DNA of 64,000 nt from Laetmonice hystrix (Eukaryota). Positions 40,901 to 52,900 of the stretch are shown piece after piece. Both the position numbers and the translations under genes were made by a program. The DNA lies in contig OZ249447.1 in NCBI GenBank assembly GCA_965235115.1, positions 19,158,001-19,222,000 on the forward strand. Direction: 5' to 3'. Within the stretch, counting starts at the first letter, position 1; each line of letters begins with the position of its first letter. The notes under the pieces are model-generated. The model did not search any database and was not told the origin of the DNA. It saw only the letters and a program-made list of their open reading frames with translations.

Positions 40901-43900
40901 CAAGGATGTCGACAATACTATATTTCCTTTGTTGAGTTCTGTCTGTTTAGGACCTGAGTGAATAAAACAAAGAACATTTTACATCACATTATCTGAGAAA
41001 CCATGATATGGTCACAGTTAAACTTCTCTTCTATGTAAATCTGGATTTGTAGGGATTTAATCCAGAAATATCACCAAGGTAGAGATTAAGGAAACAACGT
41101 GGATGCACAATTTTTCAGTTTCAGTTCTTGTCGCAGGGCAAGGGGGCTGTAAAAATCCACTTGCCCTCCTCTTAGATCCACTTTCTGCATATACTTTCAT
41201 GGCTTAGTTATTAAAACTATGTGAAGTGAATGCACTTTTCACAGGTCTACTGTATTCTGCTTATTAGTTATGTACCCGACCATCCAATCCAGTCGCGTCA
41301 AAAGTCTTTAATCAAACATGTTTGGACTAAAACTAGCACCATATCAAATATTACAAGCAGCAAGTTGAGCAACCCTGCTGACTGTCTTGAAACTAAATCA
41401 CATATCTGTATCTTTCTTAACACTACATAAGACAAAGTCTGTCACAAGTCGACAGGACTACCTTTTTTGCTACAAGAACCACAGCCAACTGACCAGGGAG
41501 CTAGAAGTAAGCAGTGGCGTGGTTTACCAGACAAGGCCAAAACCACATCGCCAAAACCACTGTTCCCATCCTACCTGACAGACAGAGAGAAAGAGACACG
41601 TACTCCAGGCCATACGTGCACTTACCTGGCCTCAGTCCTGGCAGAAACATCTGCTACTGACTATATACAGAAATCTGTCTCACAGATCACACAGACAGGA
41701 GGAGTTACTAACTACAGTACCCTACACATCCACCTACTTTAGCTGCTCTAACATCAGCAAGGTCCAGACAGTTTCCCATGGCCATTCATAGTCAAGTCAC
41801 CAACTGAAAATTTGATCCCAACTAGTCTTTGGGACTATGAACCAGTGCCGCAACTTAAGTATGCATTTATAAGGGTTGATTGTTAGAAATTCAGGGACTT
41901 CAGTTTGCAATGTTGCCAACTGCGTCCACTGGCTGTTCCACAGTCACGGATGAGGCATTGAGATTTGTCCCAGAAATTCTATGTACCATAGTAATACATT
42001 ATTCTACCTAACCCCTACATGCCACCCTTTCAAGTTCAATATGGTTGTTCAATAATTATAAAACTGCACTTTTATTAAAGTACCATAGATCTTTTTTTAA
42101 TACCTCGAGTTATTATAATCTAATTCCTTTTTCCAGGAACCATTCTTTAATAGAATTGGTGATTTTCTTTGTTCCATTTCAGCACTGATACAATAATATG
42201 GGCGAGTAGTTAACATTACATCAGGATCATGCAGGCTCCAAGCCAACCAATCGTGGGGGCCGGCAGACTGCAACCGTGTGTTACGTCACCTAATTAACTA
42301 TACACAACATTCAGTGCTCATCATTCTGCATCAAAGAGTGTACACACTACTGCTCATTTATCACACAGATATAGTGAACTTTAGTGCACCATCGCCATGG
42401 AAACTGGAAATGGAAGCTTTTATTGCTTGCTCTGAACTATGAACGTAAAGATAGCATGTTTAGATAGTCCTTATCACCGGTAAAAATAAACAGCTTCAAC
42501 CTACCACCTGTAACCTTTCCCATAGTGGTCGATTCTGACCCTTAAAACCATACAAGGTCTCAATTGAAGCAAGTAGTGCTTAAAGATCAGTGCCAGGGCT
42601 AAAATTAACAGCCAATATTTTAGATTTATAAGTCAGATAACTGAAACGTTGCTTTGGGATTCGGGTATTTTTTTCCAGTGAAAAAGAGCCTAAGGAGTTC
42701 TTTTTTTCATGTGCATCACTCAAACAGTGGCTATGCGGTAACGGTTACATACCGTCATCTGTTCCAAGGCAGAAAATAAATAATTTCAAACATATCTCTT
42801 CAAAAAAGCTTTGAGATTCATAAAAAAAAATCTGAGGTGTTTTTGTTGCTTTTGAAAGCTGAGAGAATTTTAAGCAAGTTATTTCTTTGGTGAGACTCAT
42901 GAAACTAGCAGAATGATTATGTGTCCGAAGTGACGCCGTCTTGGAGTTAGCTGTGTTAGATGAAAATGAACCACACATACCTTTGTCTGTTCCACAGCCG
43001 GTTGCAAATACAGTCAAACAGTTTTGTTTTAGGAAACAAAATTCCATGCATCTACAAATCTGACAGGTTTATTTAAAACATGGCTGTGATTTCGGTGCGC
43101 CACTGTTTTCTGATGTCCTATGATTGTTCTACAACTAAAAGACACTGTATTGCAGGCCTTGCCTTAAGAAAAAGTCAGGGGTGCCAAAAATGTATTAGTA
43201 ATGACCCCAAGCGCAGATTTAAGGCACGTGATGGCACTCAAGCGCCATTGCGCGCCTTAAACAGCAAGGCCCGGTATTAATTACCAACATTCTTCAGACT
43301 AGTTCCCACCATCAATTGGCTGACCCAACATGTCATATTCTGGTACCAATTAAAATCCACCAGGCAGGTTACTCTTGTTAATCCTGAAGCTCACATGAAT
43401 TGAAGAAAGTTTGACGCCCAAGTCCATACTCCACTACAGCAATGGAAACCCAACACCAGTCCACATCTAAACCCCGCCAACTGCTAACTCAGTAACTGGT
43501 CGTCGATACAATAATAATACATGACCAGGACACCAACACCAGTCCACATCTAAACCCCGCCAACTGCTAACTCAGTAACTGGTCGTCGATACAATAATAA
43601 TACATGACCAGGACACCAACTCAAGTCCACATCTAAACCCCGCCAACTGCTAACTCAGTAACTGGTCGTCGATAAAATAATAATACATGACCAGGACACC
43701 AACTCAAGTCCACATCTAAACCCCGCCAACTGCTAACTCAGTAACTGGTCGTCGATACAATAATAATACATGACCAAGACACCAACACCAGTCCACATCT
43801 AAACCCTGCCAACTGCTAACTCAGTAACTGGAGGTAGATACAATAATAATACACGACCAGGACACCAACACCAGTCCACACCTACACCCCGCCACCTGCT

Positions 43901-46900
43901 AACTCAGTAACCAGGGATGCCAGTTGGCTATGGTAAAATTTCCTGAAATATTTTGGGGGGGCCCTAAAAGTCACAAACCATACATTTTAACACTAGAACA
44001 TTATACATAGGTTGATTTTGGCATGTTTATGCTGGAAGCACATGTTTAAACAACTTAAACCTAAAACTATTTTTTTTACCTATGTGGAATATTTCAGAGG
44101 GAGCTGAAGAATGACGGTTTTTCCTTATTCATGTCCTTCAGTGACTATGATAATCACGTGGAACACACGTCGGAGGATACCCTAAATATCCCAGTTATTA
44201 CCGGATAACCACCCACTCAAGCAAGATTGGCTTCAGTCAGACCTAATCTGCGTAACCGTACATTGCACGGCGATTACGGAATTAGTACCTAATATTTACA
44301 AAATTAAAAAATGTTTCCCACCAATATATAGCCTCTAATGAATAATCTAGTAAGATATGAGATGTGTTCAAACATATTCACAGTGAAATATTTTCATGAT
44401 ATTTATTGAAAATATTTGAAATATTTTTTCAAAATTATCGTTTTCAAATTGCCATACTGGTCCATCCCGATTATTAGTTTTATTGGTAGCAACATCCCGG
44501 CCCGCAGTAAACTTTTTAAAATATTTATTCTGCGAATATCCACCAATCAGAGAAGAGAATTTGCTTGGCATTTTGCCCTTACAGCAAAAGTGTGGTTCCT
44601 GAAAAAATACCACAAACACCGCAGATTTCCTACACGCTGCCGAGCAGCGCTGACCGGACGCGACCAGAGATACGCGGCCTTACGGTGCCTGCTCACGGGC
44701 GCACGGCCCGGCTGCCGAGCAGCGCTGACCGGACGCGGCCAGAGATACAAGGCCTTACGGTGCCTGCTCACGGGCGCACGGCCCGGCTCGCGGTCGTATG
44801 CATGCAGGGCCCTTGCCGGCAGCCCTGACGGGAGGCAGGCGGGTAGACACGGTCAACACACAATACATGTTTAACATGAAAAAAAGATTAAGAATCTACT
44901 TTATGGCAGGAAACATTATACCTGTACTGTAGGGCCAGGGGGAATGAATATGAAAATGCCTAAAATTAGGAAAAATTGATTTAAAAAACGGAAAATAGAC
45001 TAGACTCTACACTCTACAGGAAAAAATATTTAAAAAATCAAAAACTGAAAATTCCTGAAATCAGGAAATTTACTACAAACTGGCATCCCTGAGTAACTGG
45101 TCGTCGATACAATAATAATACATGACCAGGACACCAACTCAAGTCCACATCTAAACCCCGCCAACTGCTAACTCAGTAACTGGTCGTCGATACAATAATA
45201 ATACATGACCAGGACACCAACACAAGTCCACACCTACACCCCGCCACCTGCTAACTCAGTAACTGGTCGTCGATACAATAATAATACATGACCAGGACAC
45301 CAACTCAAGTCCACATCTAAACCCCGCCAACTGCTAACTCAGTAACTGGTCGTCGATACAATAATAATACATGACCAGGACACCAACACAAGTCCACACC
45401 TACACCCCGCCACCTGCTAACTCAGTAACTGGTCGTCGATACAATAATAATACATGACCAGGACACCAACACAAGTCCACACCTACACCCTGCCACCTGC
45501 TAACTCAGTAACTGGTCGTCGATACAATAATAATACATGACCAGGACACCAACACCAGTCCACATCTAAACCCTGCCACCCGCTAACTCAGTAACTGGTC
45601 GTCGATACAATAATAATACATGACCAGGACACCAACACCAGTCCACATCTAAACCCCGCCAACTGCTAACTCAGTAACTGGTCGTCGATACAATAATAAT
45701 ACATGACCAGGACACCAACACCAGTCCACATCTAAACCCCGCCAACTGCTAACTCAGTAACTGGTCGTCGATACAATAATAATACACGACCACGACACCA
45801 ACACCAGTCCACACCTACACCCGCCACCTGCTAACTCAGTAACTGGTCGTCGATACAATAATAATACATGACCAGGACACCAACACCAGTCCACATCTAA
45901 ACCCCGCCAACTGCTAACTCAGTAACTGGTCGTCGATACAATAATAATACATGACCAGGACACCAACACCAGTCCACACCTACACCCGCCACCTGCTAAC
46001 TCAGTAACTGGTCGTCGATACAATAATAATACATGACCAGGACACCAACACCAGTCCACACCTACACCCGCCACCTGCTAACTCAGTAACTGGTCGTCGA
46101 TACAATAATAATACATGACCAGGACACCAACACCAGTCCACACCTACACCCGCCACCTGCTAACTCAGTAACTGGTCGTCGATACAATAATAATACATGA
46201 CCAGGACACCAACACAAGTCCACACCTACACCCTGCCACCTGCTAACTCAGTAACTAGTAGTATACAATAATAATACATGACCAGGACACCAACACCAGT
46301 CCACACCTACACCCCGCCACCTGCTAACTCAGTAACTGGTCGTCGATACAATAATAATACATGACCAGGACACCAACACCAGTCCACATCTAAACCCCGC
46401 CAACTGCTAACTCAGTAACTGGTCGTCGATACAATAATAATACATGACCAGGACACCAACACCAGTCCACACCTACACCCGCCACCTGCTAACTCAGTAA
46501 CTGGTCGTCGATACAATAATAATACATGACCAGGACACCAACACCAGTCCACATCTAAACCCCGCCAACTGCTAACTCAGTAACTGGTCGTCGATACAAT
46601 AATAATACATGACCAGGACACCAACACCAGTCCACACCTACACCCGCCACCTGCTAACTCAGTAACTGGTCGTCGATACAATAATAATACATGACCAGGA
46701 CACCAACACCAGTCCACACCTACACCCGCCACCTGCTAACTCAGTAACTGGTCGTCGATACAATAATAATACATGACCAGGACACCAACACCAGTCCACA
46801 CCTACACCCGCCACCTGCTAACTCAGTAACTGGTCGTCGATACAATAATAATACATGACCAGGACACCAACACAAGTCCACACCTACACCCTGCCACCTG

Positions 46901-49900
46901 CTAACTCAGTAACTAGTAGTATACAATAATAATACATGACCAGGACACCAACACAAGTCCACACCTACACCCTGCCACCTGCTAACTCAGTAACTAGTAG
47001 TATACAATAATAATACATGACCAGGACACCAACACCAGTCCACACCTACACCCCGCCACCTGCTAACTCAGTAACTGGTCGTCGATACAATAATAATACA
47101 TGACCAGGACACCAACTCAAGTCCACATCTAAACCCTGCCACCTGCTAACTCAGTAACTGGTCGTCGATACAATAATAATACATGACCAGGACACCAACA
47201 CCAGTCCACACCTACACCCTGCCACCTGCTAACTCAGTAACTGGTCGTCGATACAATAATAATACACGACCAGGACACCAACACAAGTCCACACCTACAC
47301 CCTGCCACCTGCTAACTCAGTAACTGGTCGTCGATACAATAATAATACATGACCAGGACACCAACACCAGTCCACACCTACACCCCGCCACCTGCTAACT
47401 CAGTAACTGGTCGTCGATACAATAATAATACATGACCAGGACACCAACTCAAGTCCACATCTAAACCCTGCCACCTGCTAACTCAGTAACTGGTCGTCGA
47501 TACAATAATAATACATGACCAGGACACCAACACCAGTCCACACCTACACCCCACCACCTGCTAACTCAGTAACTGGTAGTAGATACAATAATAATACACG
47601 ACCAGGACCCGTGGGAGAACCATGCACATTCTGAGATGGAGTACTAGGATTACACAGACGTGTGCCTCTCTCAGTCCTCTAAATGTTTTGTTGATATAAC
47701 TGTGATGACATGCCCTCATTTCCATCTTTACACACCCACCCCATGAGTACCATACTGCTGTAGCAGTGCCCTTACTAAGTTAGCCAACTAAATACTGCCA
47801 TCCATGATTGAGATAATTATCAATAATACAATAATACCACTGTAACTAAAAGAATGCAGTTTTTTGGGGGAAAAAATTCTAAAAAACGGCATTCTTAAAA
47901 CACATGATATTTGGATTCCTTTTAAAATTAGATTTCTGACAAAAGTATCATTTTAGGTATAGATTTTCTTGTGATTGTGAAATCAGATATTTTCCATAGA
48001 ATTCTTTAAAAACAAGTTGTCTTCCTAGAGTACGGCATACTTCAAGCCCCTATAGAAGTACAACAGATAGCAGGGGATCAAGGGTTACCATAATCTTCCA
48101 TGTACAAACCGCACTTTTTTCCTCCTCAAACTTCTCATAAATTGGGGGTGCGGCTTATATGACGATGGCCAAGAACTGAAGAAGTTAGTTCAGGATATTA
48201 TCCCTAGGTTCCGAGTGGGAACGGGCCTGCTATATATCAAAAGCTATGGTGTTCCCTTTAACACCCATTGTTTTACGTGTATTCATCATAAATGTGGATT
48301 AAGGTGTGTCCTATTGTTTTCAATGCCCAGGGAAAGCAACATCCTGATTACCAATGGGAGGTGATGGTGTCACTGGCGTCTGGACACTGACCTTTCACAC
48401 AATGGCCAGGCTTGTGAAGCATCTAGCTGATACACGTCTCAGCATGTTTCTCATGCCTGGTACACACTAAGGCGATTTCCCTTCCAAGATCTCTGGCTTT
48501 AAGTGCTTACTATTTAACAATTAACCTATGCATCACTGCATGATAATGCCATCACATAAAAAGGTCATTAACCATTCATGTTATTAATAAATTTGGCACC
48601 GATCAAACATATCCAGCAATGAAATGTCTGGCTTCAATCAATTATGATCAATTAAAAACTGTGAACTATCAACTTATATAATCCTATCTGATAACCAAAT
48701 TATCATATATGCCCATACATGCCATATGGTCAGAATAAGAATATAACTTGGGTGTTTTGGCAACTTCTGCTCACATTCATCTGAGCACTATACACACGCC
48801 TGCATGTAGATGAAACATCCTGAATTCCCAGGGGATGTCCTTTCTTATTTCATCTTTCTATCCTGAATTCCGGATGTCCTTTCTTATTTCATCTTTCTAT
48901 CCTGAATTCCGGATGTCCTTTCTTATTTCATCTTTCTATCCTGAATTCCGGATGTCCTTTCTTATTTCATCTTTCTATCCTGAATTCCGGATGTCCTTTC
49001 TTATTTCATCTTTCTATCCTGAATTCCGGATGTCCTTTCTTATTTCATCTTTCTATCCTGAATTCCGGATGTCCTTTATTATTTCATCTTTCTATCCTGA
49101 ATTCCGGATGTCCTTTCTCATTTCATCTTTCCAAGGACTGAAGTACTTGTGCACCACCTCCCTAAAGTTCATCACGCAGGCAGAGGGTAAATATTGACAT
49201 ATTGACACGGCTGTGTGTATGCCCTGAAGTTCAGCTCTGGGGTCTGTCACCATACCGAACACACCCACCTAATACGGGCTCCATAGGCCGCCCAGCAATA
49301 TTTATAACCTACTTCCTATCAATATCATATGGTTAGAGGATCATTCAAGGAAAGACAATCTCGTGGGGGAGGGGGGGTCCTGGCTGAAGTTGCCATCCAG
49401 GATTCACCAAATTTTCGTGAAAATGACACTGTGATACTTAAAACGGTTCACAGCACTGTGGACTTAATTATTTACATTTGTCACGAAATGGAAGGAGAGT
49501 GTTTTTTTAACCTTGTTTTTATATAAAGACGTTGGTTACCATTTTTTTAAAACAGTCCATTTTGAATCGTTTTAAGATTTACATGGCAAAGGTTTATCTG
49601 CAAAAACACGAATTCAGATCCCTGACAACCTGGCCAGTGAGGAATTATGAAACAATAGTCAATAGTGATATAAAGCAATTGATATTTCCAGGTCTGGGTG
49701 ATTATTTTATGTAACATTATGTAATATTATAAATTTATAATGCAATATATACGTGTAGTACTAATATTCAGCCTGACCACACTCATCCCTAGCCCTGTGT
49801 AAACATTCATGTCAAGGGGACAACTATATTGTGTAAATTGTGGGTGAAAAGAAGCCGGGGCCTGGCTGTTCAAATAACCTCACTCATCCATGACAAATGG

Positions 49901-52900
49901 CTGAGCAAACTGAAAAAGTTCTGACTGCTGAATTCTGTTCAGTAAGAACAAGAATGTGCTAACAATTTTTAACTGGCTGTTAGGAATATTTCTTTTTGTC
50001 AAAAAGGAGGTAAATTTCTTTTACCTCCGAATTCTATGCATACATATCAACATGTAATTAGGCATGTCTATTTTAAGCAGAGTACGATACTTCAAGAACA
50101 GGTCGATAAATGTTGACAAACCAGGAGGCATTTGCTCTTCCTAATTCATCAAAATTTGATAATCCGTTGATAAATTATTGCACCATTTTTGTGACCATGC
50201 AAGAGTGGCTGAGCAGACATCACAATCATCACGATTTTAGCCATGGCTTCTCATGTGGCAAATTTTCCCCAACTTTTTGTCTTCCTCCCTGCACGTTCCC
50301 AAATGTGTGCACAGACACTTGCAATGTCCAACAGATACAATATATATTATGCATGTGCTAGGAGTCAATCAATAAACTTGGGTAAAACGTTGTGAGAATA
50401 TACATTTTTGTACGTATGTACTTTCTGTGCAGTTAGGATCAGACAAAATCAGTTTGGGACTGGAATGTGAGATATTTCCCGCCAATACTTGAATCAAAAT
50501 TTAAAGCAGTCAGGATGGTCTTAAAAAAAGAAAAGAAGAAATTTCCTTCGGGACACAAGTCATCATTAAGTTGGAGACTGATCTTCTCCCTAACCCCGGT
50601 CCCTACACCTCCCAAAAACATATCCCTATCTTATCCTTATCCCTGACCTTAACGCGAACCCCTGTCCATAGGGGATTGTCCCGGAATAACCCTTATCTAC
50701 GACACTCTCTTTAGCTTTAGCCTACCCAAAAACGAGTATTCAGGAATACCTGCAAACCTTTTCATTTCCAAAGCTAAGCTCTACTATTTACATAAATTGT
50801 TATCATGATTTCCGACTGACGTCCAAGTGAAACATATCAATCATTGACAGCAACATAATCACAATTCCATACATGATCATCAAATGAGGCCTAGCAACCT
50901 CGATTCTACCAATTATCTTCACTTGATTATAATAATATCAACCAATGTAAGCAGTACTTTTTCATACCATGTCACAAGGACAAACAGCTCTTAAAATGAG
51001 CCGCTTGACTTGATTTTCACCATAATGAGCATTGCTAAATTATTCATAAGTAACTGAAGGCCTCATTACTTTGTTAGTCCCTACCTCGTTAAACCATATA
51101 TATTTCATGAAACACAGGTTGGCTTTGATCTAGAGATAAAACCCCCTACCCACGATATTGCTGGTCATCATCTTTTTTATATGCAATAAAAGAAGTTGCA
51201 GCGTTTTCATTTACGGGACATTGCTAATACAGCCACCGTTGGCGAAAACGAATCTGAAAGGTGTCGTAATTTCTCAAACAAAAAATACCTTTTCCCAAAT
51301 TTTTGTTCCATTCAAATTTACTGGAGCACTGCTGCTCTAGCTCACCAGTGTTTGAGACAAGCTTGTGCTTGAGGTGATTTGGCAACCAAAAATTGCTGCA
51401 GGCAGTGCACATTTTGTTTTGGGAATTTTGATTAGCGACAATCAGATCAATTGTAGCTACAGAGTTTAGGGCTGAACATTTCTGATCAGCAATAAGCGCT
51501 AATCAATTTGGAAATTGTGTGGCAAACACCGTAATCTTCCGTGTACAAGCTGCACATTTTTCCTCCTCAAATTACTTATAAATTGGGGGTGTGGCTTATA
51601 GATGGCCACAGGATGGCCTGCAAGTTAGTTCTGGATATTATCCTTAGGTCCATAGGTTCCCAGTGGGAACTGGCCTGCTATATACCAAAAGCTGTGGTGT
51701 TCCCTTTAACACCCATTGTGTGAATATATGATGGATTCCCAAAACAAAGGTGTGTCCTATTGTTTTCAATGCCCAGGGAAAGCCACAACCCAATTAACAA
51801 TGGGAGGTGATAGTGACACTGCCATCTGGACCCGGTTTGTGAGACTAAGACATCTTGCTTAAGCTTAAGCTTAACGCAATTGATTGGTTAGTTGTCACCA
51901 GTTTAAGCAAGGCAGCTTAAATGTGTGACAATCAGCCAATCAGAAATGTTAAGTTTAAGCTTAAGCAAGATGTCTTAGTATTACAAACTGGGCCCTGGAC
52001 AGCGACCTTTCACACTATGGCTAGGCTGGTGAATCATGTAGCTCATCAATACACGTCTCAGCATATTTCATAGGGTTGACGGTTGAGGCCCAACTTCACT
52101 GTGACTGACATCAGAAACTTTTTTTCTATGACTTTTGCTCCAAAAACGGACTGCGGCTTATAGCCGCAGCTTGTACACGGACGATTACGGCAACTAAGGA
52201 CAGTGATCCATCACTCTCTCCAGGGTATTTTTAAAACCAAAACCATGCGATAGGCGATTGTTTAAAATTTTGTAATATGCCGATGCCTTGGCCATAAACA
52301 CCATGACATTTTATCCTGAACAGAAATACAGAACGGTGCAGTACAGTATACCTTGTATCTCATTATTGGTGTAACCTCTGAGATATTAAAATCTGAAAAA
52401 TCTCATTCATTTCAACACAAGATATTCCCTCATGAAACACAAACACCAGCCTATCCCTGATGTAACAGAAGAAATGCACTTTTAAACGAGAGCCGACTTA
52501 ATGACATTGATGAAAACTCACCTAATACTAGGGCTTCTAACCTGTCCCTCGTCAAGATGTATGTATCAATAAAATATATTGTGATGACAACTGCAGCTGT
52601 CCATATGAGGAAGTTTCTCATCCCTGCAGGAAAAAAACATCATATAAGAAAAAGTCAATTCAAAGTTACTTTATCAGTGTTCCAGGTACATTGTTTGCAG
52701 TATCTGCCAAATTTTGCTGTTTAGTTCAGATTTACAACCAAAACCAATTATACATTCAAGATTGCTTTACAGTGACCAGTCTGATCACTCAGGGACATTT
52801 GACCGCACCAAGGTAGCTCACAACTCACTTATAACAAGTTATCTGAATAAGCTGAATATATGTAGTCATCGGAATCCACACTCACCCCCAAAGTATTTAA

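Noticed and set aside
42500-42520. 3-nt microexon GTG (cag|GTG|gtaggt)
   Set aside because: No pyrimidine tract or TGC motif upstream; likely chance.
43447-47609. CRISPR-like or coding repeat
   Set aside because: No variable spacers; ordinary satellite.
48835-49197. ORF of repeated MSFLISSFYPEFR
   Set aside because: Translation of a 39-bp minisatellite on the strand antisense to the host gene; no splice context.
52352-52392. 41-nt candidate exon DFNISEVTPIMRYK after the TM exon
   Set aside because: Ends in phase 0 with a weak donor, and no convincing phase-0 partner exon was found; unresolved without RNA data.
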